Below are positions 12,706 through 26,500 of a DNA stretch of 64,000 nt, one piece after another (position 1 is the first letter of the stretch; every line of letters begins with the position of its first letter). The notes beneath the pieces were generated by a model. It did no database searches. It was not told the DNA's origin and was given only the letters and a program-made list of their open reading frames with translations. A program made the position numbers and the translations under genes. This stretch comes from Phoronis australis (Eukaryota; Animalia; Phoronida), in NCBI GenBank assembly GCA_002633005.1, contig NMRA01000248.1, forward strand, positions 62,001 through 126,000, given 5' to 3'.

Positions 12706-15700
12706 CCTACCCAACAAAACATGTTGCAGCCACCAAATTCAAAGTTGCTACCGTTCAAGGTAAGCTTTAAGACATTTTAGAAACTATAGAGTGGTGACAA
12801 CTATTGAGAATTGCTGTCATGGTAAGGGAAACGTAAAATCTCAGAAAATCCTGTAAATACGTCAACTAGTCAAGTAACCTCAGTGCGGGTAAATCTCTGA
12901 GATGGGTAGAGACTGAAGGCAGCTGCATCATTGTGGCTAGGTTTCCTTGTTCTAGCAAGACAATTAGAACCACTCAGTAGTTAGTACTTGCGACTGACAA
13001 CCATTGTTGAACACGCTTCCACTGAGCCTTTTGCTAGATTTCAACAGGCGCAAACAACCGTTAACATAGTTTGGAATCTATTGAAAGTGTTCGATGGTAT
13101 AGCACCAAAATGCTTTAACGGAATTCGATGTGGAGTCAAATTAACTTCTTGCTATAGTCATATACAACACTCTGACAAGGCTTCTCGACCGAGAAATTTC
13201 ATTTTCTTTTCAACAGGTGATGGTTGGCCAACGACACTGTTATCTAGACAGGCTGATGTGTACTTAAAGTATCCCAACAGACCCAACTGAGGAGGAAGGT
13301 GCGCGGCGATCGCATTGATATTGCCACTGAACCTTTTCACAGCGTACAGACTTATTGGTGACACCACAAAAAAGGAAAGGGCAATGATGTTGGAGTTTGT
13401 TGAGAAAATTTATCAGTAGCTTACATAGGATGTGTGATTTAAATGCAAATAAGGAAAATAAAGATCATAACGTCTAAAATGGAATCTGTATTTGCCTTAA
13501 CCCACACCGAATGTATTCGAAAACTCACAAAACCAACCTGCAAGCGCCATTCATGTGGAGCCCACAGATTCGTATACACAGTTCACAAATATATTTTGTA
13601 CAATTTCACAAAAACTTCTTGTACAAATACATCTACATGGTAGTATTTTCGTGTCGGGTCGAAATATCTGTGTAACTCCGCTTCTAAGCATTCTAGGAGT
13701 TCCTTGCAACATCATACACCTCACGGGATACTTCAGTGCGTAGATATAGTATTGTAGATACGAAGGTCATGAAATTGCATGATCCTACTCGACAAAAAGA
13801 CATGAAGATTTCGTATTTCTCTCCTGAAGATGGTGAAATCACGAAAATCGTATTCTGAACTAACGACCTGCATGAACACTAATTATCGTATGGACGCATC
13901 TTCAGAAGGACAAAGGCCACAAAAAGTAACTGTACTATATGTACTTGTACTTAGCTTCGGACTCACAAAAGTACGATAAACAGAAAGGAAAACTGGACGC
14001 CGCCAGTAGATATTTTTCTTTATTGTACGTCATGCATTTCGTGGTATAACTTCTTAAACAACACATACAACTTTAACTTTGAATCTTATCTCGCTAATGT
14101 AACTGTTAATACGTTTTTGAATTAATATGCTATTCTGTTGGGAAATCAGGAGACTGGCATTTCTTGGTCACCCAAAGAATGAAGCAAGCAGTATTTCACC
14201 CTGTGCTTCGGGCCATGTGCACCAGTCACCTACGGAATGTACACCGACAAACACATCGATATCTTTTTAGGCGGTTAGTGGCGCTGGACATTCACAATCT
14301 TCCTGAAGGCGCTAGCAGGTTCAATATACCGCACATCGGTATTTTACACACAAAATAAGTGACACCACAAAAGTTCCTTATTTCTAGAGACTTGACTCGA
14401 CCTGGCGTGTCAGTCATTAATTTTCGTCTTCCAAAGTTCAGTAAGAAAAGGTGGATCGAACTTTTACAATTACTATAGTATTTTAAGCGATCAAAATCAA
14501 AAGTCACAAACAAATAAAATAGGTGCTGGAATGACGTGTAGTTACCGATGGTTAAGAAGACTAAAATTAAAAGTATGACGTAAAACGACGAGCGTTGGAT
14601 GACCATGCGGTCATCTGTGCTACTTTATATATCTATATTTTCTGCAGTCTGTGTCGTACCCTTGACAAAGAGCGTACCGCTGGAAACGGGNCGTTTTACT
14701 TTATACTAGTAAAATCAGAAGTCAGTCTTTCTTTCTAACGACGGGAATAAAACAGCGAATACTTCTCAGTGTAGCGTAAATGAAGAATGGGCACGTTGAA
14801 TAATGTCAGGAGATAAAGACAATGAAAAGTTTCAGCATTAAGTAATAATCATGCCCCAGATATTTGCAAATTTTGACAATACTGAATAGTTCAAAACCAA
14901 ATTTTTAAAAATGTAGAAGCTACAGTTCAACCAATCACAACTTTAACTTTGAAAAATCACTGCATCAACATTTTTGACATCTCAGCAAGTTAAAGTTGAT
15001 ATTTTGACATGCAAACTATACAAATCTAACAACAGTCATTGCATATTATTATTACACGAACACTGGTACCCTGATCTGCGATTGCCTAACACGTAATATG
15101 AAGACTTCCGTTATGGGGTGATGTTGACCAATTCAGGTTTAAAACTCCTGGAGGTGTACACAAAGCGTGAAGCCAATGACAGAACATCAAAACTGGCAAA
15201 ACATACCAGTCTAATGAAGGACGATTAACGTAGAAGGAAAGTAATATCAGTTTTCGTATCATAAAACATTTTTTGACCGAACCCTTGAGCGTATTAGGCT
15301 ATATGGAATTCAAGATATCGTCCAGGAAAAGGGTTTGAGTGTTTGCAACAGTGACTAACGTATAAAACACTTGAACATGATTTTTGGGTTATTTTACCTT
15401 CAGTATTTGTTATTTTGACATTAAGTGAGAGCGCACGACATCACATTTTACAGTGACGTTATACAAAACAATCAGGCAAACCGAATATATACATGTAGGT
15501 GTGACTTACTCAAACGGCAATTTTGAATATATCAAAAACCTAGGTTGTTCGCAACAATTAAACTTGTTTCACAATCCCAACAAACAACAGAATCGTCATC
15601 AAACGACATGCTGTAGGAGTAATCCCGATCTTGAAATTGGCGCTTTTTGAGAATGTCAAATTGCGCATAATTGTTTGGCGTTGTTTGAGCTAAAATAGCT

Positions 15701-16257
15701 CGAAAATGAAGCCAATCACCCCATATTTTTCTTTTACACAAAAAACAATCCGGGCAACAAAACAAGACATGAAACAAAAAACAGCGGTGTAGCTTTTTGA
15801 GTAGAAAACAAAACGATGAAATTCGAGGTACTCAAATTCCGTAAATTAAGATTACTTACGCTGACCTAAAGACATCAGTAAACAGCTAAATATGACTAAA
15901 ACCTTTAAAATATAAAACTGATACCGTACAATGAAATTAATTGATTTTTAAAAGAACTTCAATCCCATGGCTTTTCAGTTACCCATGTGAATTGCAATTG
16001 CTTACAGGAGTGCCTTTGTTTAAGCGTCTGTAACGGAAAAACTATTTCGAATCCTCTTAACGGAAATCTTTCTCAAAACAATGTCGGCCAGCGACTTATT
16101 TCATCAATAGTCGATTAACAATCCCGGCGCACCTGTAGACATCTTGCTGTCGAAATACAAAGGGTTGACACAAATACATGAACTGATGCCTAGATCTTTG
16201 CAGATGTTTCCAGCGTTCGTAAGTCATTGCACAATATACTGGCATATTTCATATACT

Positions 16258-16932
16258 TCAGTTAGAAAGCTCTTGAAATGCCAATGAAACTGAGAGTGCC
16301 AATCTCCGCGCTGATGCCGGTGAGTCGCACGACCAAGCGCGACACTCACCGTCCTGGTGAGGTGATCTCCCATGCATCATTATTATAGCAAATACTCGGA
16401 AACACTTGAGATCCTGCATTCCGAATGAAATGAATTCGATCGGTATCAATCCACTTTCAAATTCTTTATTTTTGTTCCCTTCATGTTCTCTAACGTAAAT
16501 TCCCTTTCTGGTCACATGCAAAACTACAAGAGGAAGTTCACTACCAGATGGAAGTTTACTCGCGCATTTTAACATATCCTCCACCAGGCGACGCGTGTGT
16601 TTTGCGTCGTGCGGGGCACCTGCAGACCTCTTTCCTAGGTATTTAACCTGAAACAACTGCGGTAGCGAGTTTACAGTAACCATGGTGAAGTCCACCAAAG
16701 GCAAAAGCTTGTGGATCTTTTGGAAAACCGATTTTCTCTTTTTCTTTTCCTTGCAGTCGTCAACAATTTTCGTATCTTGCCTCCAGATATCTAGCTTCTG
16801 TTCAGAAGAGTTGTCCTCATGAGAAACCAAGCAGTCTGTATCCGTATCGCCACTACATGTTGTGTTAGCTACAAATGCAAGAGACATTGCTTTCATTATT
16901 GTCTTAGTAACACTAGATGCTGCCTGCGCCAT
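16258..16932 (-). CDS. Single-exon PTB/PID (phosphotyrosine-binding) domain protein, divergent
   Basis: Uninterrupted ORF, first ATG at 16932 (MAQAASS). The C-terminal half reads LPQLFQVKYLG..KHTRRLVE..ISFGMQDLKCFRVFAII..CRAWSCDS..ARRLALSVSLAF, which fits the PTB pattern FxVKYLG / IS(F/Y) / C(H)AFxC / terminal helix ..AF. Confidence 0.75.
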   Translation of the reverse strand: MAQAASSVTKTIMKAMSLAFVANTTCSGDTDTDCLVSHEDNSSEQKLDIWRQDTKIVDDCKEKKKRKSVFQKIHKLLPLVDFTMVTVNSLPQLFQVKYLGKRSAGAPHDAKHTRRLVEDMLKCASKLPSGSELPLVVLHVTRKGIYVREHEGNKNKEFESGLIPIEFISFGMQDLKCFRVFAIIMMHGRSPHQDGECRAWSCDSPASARRLALSVSLAFQELSN

Positions 16933-19900
16933 GCACGGATTCAATGAGGCAGTAGCGACTCTATTTAATGGCAAATCGCCAATGCCGGCACGACCAAATG
17001 TCAAGAACTCGATCGCCGGTGGGAGACTTCACACGAAAACAGAGAACAAAACAATGACTGATTGGGGAATGTGAGTAAAATTATCGAAACTGATTCCGTG
17101 AAAAGCAGTTTATCGGCGAAAATGTAACAAATTATTTCACTTGAAGATGCAACCCTTCCAAATTCGGGGCTCTAACTGACGATGTGTCTGTCACTTTTGT
17201 TAATCTACAGTTAACTTTCTATTCAAGTGACGCTAATTTGAAGTTATGAGCACCATGTAATTCTAAATCGCGTCATTTGCCCAATTCGGCCACATAACGT
17301 ACTTAGGAGGTACCGATTGATTTAGAAATTCACCAGCTTGAGATGTCTCATTTGACAGCTGCGTCAGTGATTTGTATTATCATCACTCAGTGCAGTCATA
17401 TTTCAGGATAAAGGTTTACACACACGCACACCCTGGGAACTTCGCTAATTTAGAATTATAGATTTGTCACGCGAATTAAGCTCACACTTTCTTAGCGGCA
17501 TTTGCCCGAATTAGCTATAACATACTTAGGTCACGCTAACTGATTTAACCCCCCCCCCCTGCAGCAGACGGGAGCCGCCGTGCGTTTTTCTACCTCCGCA
17601 CGCGAGAAGAGTAGACTTCTAGAAGTGGAAATATGTATGGTATTAAGGTCATGTGTGAACTTACCTGCAACATTCGGTGCATTCGGCTAAATATGGAGGA
17701 AACAAAAGAGCTGAACTCAGAAGCGCAGAATGAAAATCTCTGATGCCCGGCAACACTCTTGGCTCAGCAAGTCTTGTCGCGGTTGATATATGGATGTTAT
17801 CCTTCATTTAATTGAAATTAGTTACAGCAAACCGCCTGGCAATACCACCCACTCGTAGTGATACCTTGGTGTCTAAAGCTAACAGCCGTAACGAGTAACT
17901 GGTCTGTCCAAGGCATCTTTTAAGTAAAAAATTCGACACTCAGCATTTCGTGGAACGGGTTGTTAAAAAATAGTAGTGACATTGTCTAAACAGTATTCAA
18001 TATGCATTTTGAAAGCATCCAGGTAACGTTCTTTAGTCGAAATAACGCATACTTTAATGCTCATGCTTAAAGAATAAAGACGCTTTGTAAGGACACAAGC
18101 TGTCAACGGCAACTCACAGCGATTTTAAACTCGTCAAGCCAGGTTTTGATTTAGACCACTGTCCAGCAAGATACGTACATGTATAGTCTATATCTTACGT
18201 GACCAGCAACCGAGGTCAAATTTTTTACTTTACATTTTACCTCGCATTTTTAACTGTTCCGCTCAAGATACGTGTCTATTTGCTTGAGTGAGTACACTGG
18301 TTTACGTGCACGATTGTATATTCCTAATTTGCATTTGACCCAAGCGTTCAAGCCAAAAGTTCGAGTTGAGTCTGAACTATACACTTCGCCAGAGCATTTA
18401 CTTGAGTGTAAGCTTGTGTATTTTGGGATCACCCTTTGTTACATGGAACAGACAGTCGTCCAGCTGACAACAAGTAATAATATACTCTAGCTATCACATA
18501 ATACTGACATCTTGGTTCGCACAAAATAGAGATAAAATGTAAAAAGGAATTTCGATCGAGTTCGATGTCGAATACGAAAATTAGTCTCCGAGCCCAGCCT
18601 CTACAGGTTTAGTTGTCACGTCCAGCCGTGTCATGTTTAATTCACCGAAAGTTGTCTCGAGAAATAACGAATTCTCAGTGAGTAAGAAACAGACTGTAAG
18701 ACCAAGTGGTCTAAATCAAAATTTCTACGACAGACCGCCGGTTTATACCCTCTTTAGGCAGACACTATAAGTCTTAACACAATACTTGAGCTTCAGTAAC
18801 TGAAGTATACTGTACCACTCGTTGTCCCAATTCTGAACTGGGAAATTGTGGATTCTTTCATCCGTTGTCTTCCCAATGCCACGTTCAATGTAGACTCAGC
18901 ACCCGCCCGAGCTGAGTTGTCCGGATTTGTTTCGAGTACACTCTGGTGTCGAAATTCTGCCATCCTGAACACTGACACTCACGCACGAGAGTTGTTCTGT
19001 CATTAATGACTTTGCGTATCGTTACAGAAATCCATGGTGTTCATCCGAAGGTGCGGCTCTACAGTTTGAGATGCACGTTGTATACGAACACCAGTCTTAT
19101 AGACGTAACAGCCCGTGGGCATTTGCCCTAATTTCGAACGAAAGGGGGTTACGCTGTTGTAACAGGTTACATATTCTAATAATAGCCTTCTTAGAGGCCT
19201 TTCCAACCACGAATTAAATACGGTGGACTAACCTTGTTTAACACAGATAATAAAAGCTCGGTCTGCCTTGAATGAAATCCTTTTTAAGGACTGTTTGGAG
19301 AACAAACTACATTACAGCAATATGAGATATGCGTATATTCGACGGATGTAAACGTTAATCACCGGGGCAGAGGGGTCCAATTCTGTATCCGTATTCTCCC
19401 AATTATGGCCCACTAACAATCCACCTATTAACCTCTGAAATTTTGAATGGAATGCAAAAGGCATTGGATTGGTTTGTGATTTATGTAATGAGACACAGTT
19501 TATTTCGTACATTCAGTGGTCCAAAAAATTTCAATGTTGATCCATCTTTTCTTTCCTTTTATAGCTTACACAATAATGTGAGACAACTGTTAGATGAGAC
19601 TTCTTCAAGCAAACTTTCCATTTTTCCATTAGTTTTTCAAAAGATGAAATGTGACAATAAGGGAACTGGGGGTATTTTACACGATGTTTTTGTAAATTTT
19701 CGTAATTTCTATGAAATTGTGAATCTGCTTCCGGAGTTAAAGTCAAACCCAATTCTCAAGATATTTAAATTAATTCTCTTATCTTAAACGCACCTAATGA
19801 TGCGTTGGGTACGATTAAAATGGCCACAGTCGAGAATTATCCACAGAACAATAAAAACAGATTGAACTAGCTGGGTCTGGAGACTCTGATCTATGCAGCC

Positions 19901-20985
19901 TCTGCCATGCGAAGTCAGAGGAAAATGCTCACATAACTTTTCTTTCGCCAACAGCTTTCTGCAAATGAATAAGAATTTCTCTCAAGTGTAGAGAAATATC
20001 TCAGCACTAATTTTGATGATTTCATTGTTATATTTAATAGTTTAGGATATAAGTCACTTTAACTGGTTATATAACTTTATCAAAAAGTCAATTTTCCTCA
20101 TCAAATGTAGAACAAATTGCAAATTTCAAAATTTAATTTACCTGTTGTTTGTAAAGTTTATTTTTCAAGAAAAATGAAAACATATTTATGGAAGCGAATA
20201 GGTGCCCCAATAAACACCCTGACAAACACCACAACACCCTAAAAACTTCACAACGCCCCTCCCGTCAATAACCACGACACTCTAAAAATCTCTAATACAT
20301 CCCCCACAATCGCCCCCAACATCCCAAAATCCTCCCAACACTCGGGCATTTATCTTAAAAAAAATTTACCCAAACAACACTACCTTTTGTTAAACATATA
20401 TTTACTGATATCTAATTCTTCTTTTATGTACTCTCCGTATTGTGCATATTTGTTGCCTGATGGGTCTGAGGACTTTATTTTTTGCACGTCATATGAGTAT
20501 ATGCTCTATCCTGCCTTGGAACCAAATAGTCCAAGCAAAGCCTTAGGGGCACACTACAGTTACTACAGGGTTTTGGCTGCCGACACTGACACACGTGGAG
20601 ACGAGTCCTTATCTCACGTCCTTATCAAGAGTCTGAAAAAAAAAACAAACGGTTTTTGGCGTTCCCAACTCAAAAGCGCTAATCATGACAACAGAAACTT
20701 AATTTTGCTACATGTTTTTAATCGGCTAATTCACATCGAGAAAAATACTGGCACACAAAAATAGGACCCAAAACACCAAATTTGACAGTTTTCTCCCCAA
20801 ATTTGCTACTTGAAAAAAATCTGACAGCAGATTCAGAATGCTCGTTCTCTCTAGATTCTAAAAATGTGGTTATAGTACGTCTTTTACCAACTACTTTTTC
20901 GCAATTTCGATCTGTCTGACAGCCACCCGGTGAAATCGCACCCGTTTTCTCAGTCAGCAGGCGACAGGGGTTGAAAGCAAGCGAC

Positions 20986-21295
20986 CAGTGGCGAATTTAG
21001 GGGTGGAGGCAAGGGTGCCATGCCCCCCTATAATTGTACTCCACATACCATTTGGCAGTTCGGGTGCAAATTGCTGACTAGCACATGTGCAACCAGGGTG
21101 GCTCGGGGGCTGAATAAATAATGCATAGGCCCTGAACAAACTCCGTTTACCGTTTTGTTTAGTCAAAAGGTTCGCAAAACTAAAAATTCGAGACCCCTGC
21201 ACCCCTACACTTTAGGCTGGGCGCGCGCATCTGCCAAAATTCTGCTTTTTCCTGTGCCCTGGCCCCCCCGACTCAAAATCCTGAATCCGCCCCTG
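20986..21295. mobile_element. Non-autonomous TIR DNA transposon with 5-bp TSD, subfamily A
   Basis: Ends cagtggcgaatttagg / cctgaatccgcccctg; TSD gcgac. Internal ccatttggcagttc and actcaaa.tcctg are shared with 2678-2837. Confidence 0.72.
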
Positions 21296-22407
21296 GCGAC
21301 AGCCACCATTTTGCATGGAAAGTGGGTCACGGTTAAAAATTTTTGCTTTTTTGAATCAAAAACACAAGTAAATCCGTTTCCTGGCATTTTTTTCAACAAA
21401 TTCCTCAAACCTCCCGCCAAACTTGACAAACGCCCTATATTTTAATTCTATGGACTAGAAAATGCCCTGAGGCTAAAGCCAGAAGTGCCATCTTAGCACA
21501 AGGAAACGTGAGTTTAACCACTCTAATACAGACCCGTCAAATAATAGGTGAAGTTGCCTTTTTGTGCTCCATTACGTCACCGCGTGAACCCAGCACAAAC
21601 AACAAAAGGCAATAGCAGTTGTATTGAGTAGGAGTTTGGACACCATTTTGTGGGCGGGTGTTGTTCGCTGCTGTTTGAATTAAAGGATGATTCTCGCGGT
21701 GACGAAGGGAAAAGCTAACCAGTTCAATACATTTGGCAACTTATGACGCTGGTGGACTTAGAATGATGTAGTACACGCAATCATTCGGGATCAACATCAA
21801 CATTTTTGTGGTCGGCGGAGTGAAAGTTTTTTGCTCCTCCAATTCGGGACAGCGATATGAACAGGGACCACCTATTTCCATTGTGTTGTGTGGCTTCTGG
21901 GGTGTTGTGAGATTAAGAATAATATCTGGCGTTGTAACTAGATAACAAGTGCAGTCTGTGCGCAACTATGCATGTGATGTGAATGTATGTCAGTCCATTT
22001 CAACATGTATGTAAGTTGATACGATGATTTTTCTATATTTGCATTTTTTGCATATTCAACATCTTTACCGGCCACAAAAATCAAAAAAAAGAATAACGCG
22101 AGGAGTGATTTCTACCGGACTGGGGGAGTCATATGGTAGTCACCAAAGTCAAATAAATAATTTTAGCAATTTGGCAGTGTAATCGGGGGTCTGTTTCGTG
22201 AACAGTGACTTCTAAGGCAGAAATTTGGTTCTATGGTCCCACTTCACAGACATCAAGTAAACGTTTACTCTGATGCAATTATGAACACACTAAGGCATGA
22301 AAGTAGCTTGTACACGTTTTCTCAATAAGTAACAGTTATGGGTATATTCCCAGATACTTTGTTCTTTTCTAAAGGGAGTTTTAGTGAATTATTTTTTGAA
22401 TTAAAAA

Positions 22408-22847
22408 TGTGGAGCGCAAGACCAAATTTCATGAAACAGAACCCTTTTAAGATTACACGCTCCTTTGGTTGTGGTAGTTTTTTGAGCTGGGATTCAATTT
22501 ACCTTCTCCAAGTTCATTATAAACTGGAGACCGCTGCTGGCTCAACCATGGAATACGGGAATTTAGCGCCAGCCCGTATTCAATGGTTAAGCCGTATTCT
22601 ACGATTGGTGTACAGTCTCCTGGTGGACGGCAATTTTGATTTGGTCTTGTTTAGTATTGACACACCCCTTTCGCATTATATCCAGGGTTTCATTCACTCC
22701 CTTGCATAAATTCACTACTAAGATCAAACTCAGAGGAGTAGGAGACACCTTTGTGCAATGCTCGATTGTCCGTCAGCAAAGCCAGGATTTGAACCTGGGT
22801 CTCCTAAACGGAAGTCCGAGCTCAAACCACTGAGTCACACAGTCTCC
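22408..22847 (-). mobile_element. tRNA-derived SINE-like element; related fragment at ~26887-27047
   Basis: The minus strand has an A box (tgactcagtggtt) and a B box (ggttcaaatcc) at 22780-22845. gtggagcg.aagaccaaattt and aaagccaggatt recur at 26887 and 27020. Confidence 0.5.
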
Positions 22848-23446
22848 TCTCTAAGTTTTGTTCATTTGGTTTACATAAAACATTCAGTCAAGACGTCGTT
22901 CCTGAAGAAACAGTTTTACTTCAGCAAAATCAGCAAAGATTTACCGATGGAAATTCCGACGATGTTTTTACCTTAGTCATGTTAAATAGTTCAATTGCCT
23001 TCATAACTTCCCCAACAAAACCGGGCAGAGCAGACGATAAACGCAATGGATCATTTCAACATGAGATTTTTGAGATTGTTTTATAAGCACATCATCCACT
23101 GAAGTATTAACTTTCAAAAGCTTTTTACAATGTACAGAAAATATCAATTAGCTTATTTAATGTTTCGTGGCTTATTACTGGACAATTTTAGTTTTATTAA
23201 AACAACATGCTTTGTTGTTGTCATGTAATACACCTTGCTTACTTTTAAATGACTTTGTTAATGAGATCCAATCGAAAGTAGAAATGGCTACAAAAATTCT
23301 ATAATTACAAACGTTCAATTTACATTTTGTCAGAAAATTAACAATTATCTATGATGTCAGTTAAAACGATCACAAGCAAGTCAATTATCAATTGATCTCA
23401 AATTAGTTTCTTTAATTATACAATAGTTTGGATTACATGTGTAAAC

Positions 23447-23518
23447 CTTATAAGTGGGTCTGGTTCTACATGATTTCGACAGTATCGCTCATTTCTCGAA
23501 GGCTAGACAGTCACCATG
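23447..23518 (+). promoter_or_regulatory. Possible TATA-like box and Kozak-context start of CAP paralogue 2
   Basis: cttataag at ~23447, followed ~65 bp later by caccATG and a hydrophobic stretch that ends near a strong gtaagt donor. Confidence 0.3.
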
Positions 23519-26500
23519 TTTGGTTTTTCGTTGCTGTTGCTCTCTGGTTCGTAAGTTTTGTAGATTGGTTTTTCTGTCTTTTTTCTTTTCAATCGCATTT
23601 ACATTAACGTTTATCGAAGACGTACATGTGAGCGTATTTGCTAAGTTTATTTACGCGTACTTTTAAAACTTTTTGCTTATAATTCTTTTACGTTTTTTAA
23701 CAGTTTCAAATGATTTTGTAACTGAACGTCATTTAATATTGGGAAGGTGAAACAGGCTTTGAAGCACCGAATGCTGATGGGGAAAGACGGACCTTCAGAT
23801 AAGAAATACCGACACAAAACGGGAATGACTGACAGACATTTGGAAAACGACGAATCATTTACCCCATTTCAACTTTAAAGACGCACCAATTAACTTATGC
23901 TCCTCAAGTTCATAACATTGGTGCTAACAGACTGCGTTAATAATTCAGGCATTGTGTATCGCAAGTATATCCCTTGTCCAATCCTATTACTGACGATATT
24001 CACACAGCAGAGTTAGAAAATTATATTCCATGCACAAATAACCAGCTCTTTTCGATCAACGTTCGACACATATGTATAGAGTCCTATTTCTTACCATGTC
24101 CACGTCATACGTTGGCATGAATTTCAGTTTTTTGGATGGCGCAACTCCGTCCGTCCATTACAGCCCCGTCCTCACTTGTTGTCCGTTAGTCCAGTGTTTG
24201 AGTCCTTTCTTCCAGCTTCTTGTTTGTGTCCATTTTCGTGTCCTGCACACGTGTAAATGGAATTTAATCTACGGTTTGAAGAAGTTGATGAGATTTGGCT
24301 TTGGCCTGCTTTCGTAAGTTCCGTTATTGCTTTATGTCGAACACGACCTATAGGATCCGACTTCACGTACGACAGGTATACTGGCTTCAAGACCCTCAAC
24401 CGACATGGTACAATTGTGCGAAAATACAAGCGATAACTCGCTTTTTTAAGATTTCTAATTGTTACATCTTCTGACAAAATCGAAATCGAGACAATACAAG
24501 TCTCTCCGTTGCGTATTTCACCGTGCTTATTATCAGAAAGACATTACCCACAATGCAATGTCAGGTTGAAATAGTATACTTAGGATTGGTTTCAGGAGCA
24601 GTGCTAGTGTCTGGCACCTGTGATAAAAAGTACAAGAATGCAAACCCGAATCACTCTGCGTGTCTTCCAAGATCTCCGAACTTCATAGATGGAGGTAATA
24701 ACATTTCACAGCTATTGTAAACTTGTGGCTAAGTAGTAGTCGGGCTATTATAATCTCCAAGAAGCTGTATAGATATTGTATAAGGCGGATACTCTGTCCT
24801 AATTACAGAATCTAAATGACTCTAAACTTTGCCTAATTATCAAATTTTAAAAACTTTGTTTCCAAAATGACAAGCACGGACTTACTTGACTTTCACGGCG
24901 AAGTGTATAAAGCGTGCTCAGTGATCCTCAATTCTTATCAAGTTTAAATGAATCTCTAAACTTGTCCTAATTATCAAATTTTAATGATTTTGTTACACAA
25001 TAATAAGTATGGCTTACTTGAATCTCAGGGCGATGTGTATAAAACCTCTAAGTGTTGGAAACGATTGTGTAAATTCTATCTTGAACGGTATCACGCGTAA
25101 ACTTAGTAATCTTCGACGTATTAAAGAACGCGAAAAACACTAAACTGCACTATTCAAAGTGGTTCCCTGCCACTGAAAACAAAACACAATATGTTCAAAG
25201 GGTACTTTTACGGTTTGTTTGTAAAAATGTTGAGTTTCATTTGATGGCAAAGCATTTTCTTTCAATTTCAAATTTTAAAACACGAACTGTCAGCTGCTCG
25301 TCACTTCGTCGATTTTTTTTCTACCACAAGGCAAAGCACGTCTCCTTATTTGGTATGGAAAAACATAGACGCAGCACACTTCCCTTATATGGGAATATGA
25401 CCCTTAACCTTTGATATAAACAATACAATGTTGACTTCAAGCAGCCAGTCAGATTTAGAGACAATTGATGTAAGTCCTAACTGTTTAAAATTAGTTGTAA
25501 AGGTATCGTAGTACTCAAGTATATTCGGCAATGCACTTAGAATTCTGTTTGGGAAATCGCTTGCTTCACCGACTTGCCTCATATTGTGCTTTCGACATCT
25601 AGTTCGGAGTGCAGTCACACATGATAATCTGCCGTTAAAATCCGTCTTGTCAGTCAGCTGTTTGTCGAATGAGTGTAAGCGCATGCGCGCATTGATCATA
25701 CGTGGGAGAGAGATTAGAAACTCTGTGGTGACTTAGCACGTATCACAATTTTTGGGTTGACCAATCCAATAAACTCTGACGTACTTTGCTGAGTCGCTGA
25801 TGTTTCGATGTTCTCGCAAATATACATCTCTCGCGGTAAGGAATGTTATGAGACCGAAAGTTAAAGAGATAATTCGACCTTTCTGTCTATGGTTCTCAAC
25901 AGGTGTCTCTGCTGCTGATATGAAAGTAATAGTGGATGAACACAACAATTACAGACGCGATGTTGCCAAAAAATACAAAGCAGCGAACATGCAAAAGATG
26001 GTAAGAACATTTTCTTTATTTTCCGTGTTCGTGTTCGGGAAACAATATATCAGTGCCATCTATTAATCCGTGCCCACCCGTGTTGATGAGGAATCCCTTT
26101 GTGAGCGATTTTCAAGGACACAGATGCGCCGTACAATAGCTCTTATTTGACCGTCAGCGTGGTTCCAGCCATTTGCCGCACACCAAACGGAAAGTCCAAG
26201 CAGCGATGCCAAATTACCGAAGCACATGCCAATGCGCTATAATTTCAGATCGAATCCTGAGAGATTGCTTTACTCGCATTGCTTTGTGAATGTATCTCTT
26301 CCTCATGGCGATTGTGCTTAGAAAGCGACGGAGAAGAGTTTGGAAAATCTTGGTTCAATGTGTTCTAGTTCGCACGCTTCGTGCGTTGGTCACATGGTTG
26401 CGTTCGAACCTCACGTCCGTTCTGCGTAAACGGCCGTCGAGTGAACAACACTTGCTGTTTTATAACACCTCTTTTTAGGAAAAACAAACAATGCCCATTC

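Noticed and set aside
13815-13856. Hammerhead-like ctgaagatggtgaaatcacgaaa (also ctgacgaaggtt..aacc at ~35223 and ~39195)
   Set aside because: No convincing stems I/III or cleavage triplet and no adjacent PLE sequence; the second motif lacks GAAA.
19784-20212. Degenerate Kolobok-like element (gcaccta ... taggtgc)
   Set aside because: The TIR match is short and the right TTAA is missing; too decayed to call.
24214-24313. Alternative signal-peptide exon for CAP paralogue 2
   Set aside because: The phase at its strong donor does not join cleanly to exon 24596, and the hydrophobic frame hits a stop. Left unresolved.
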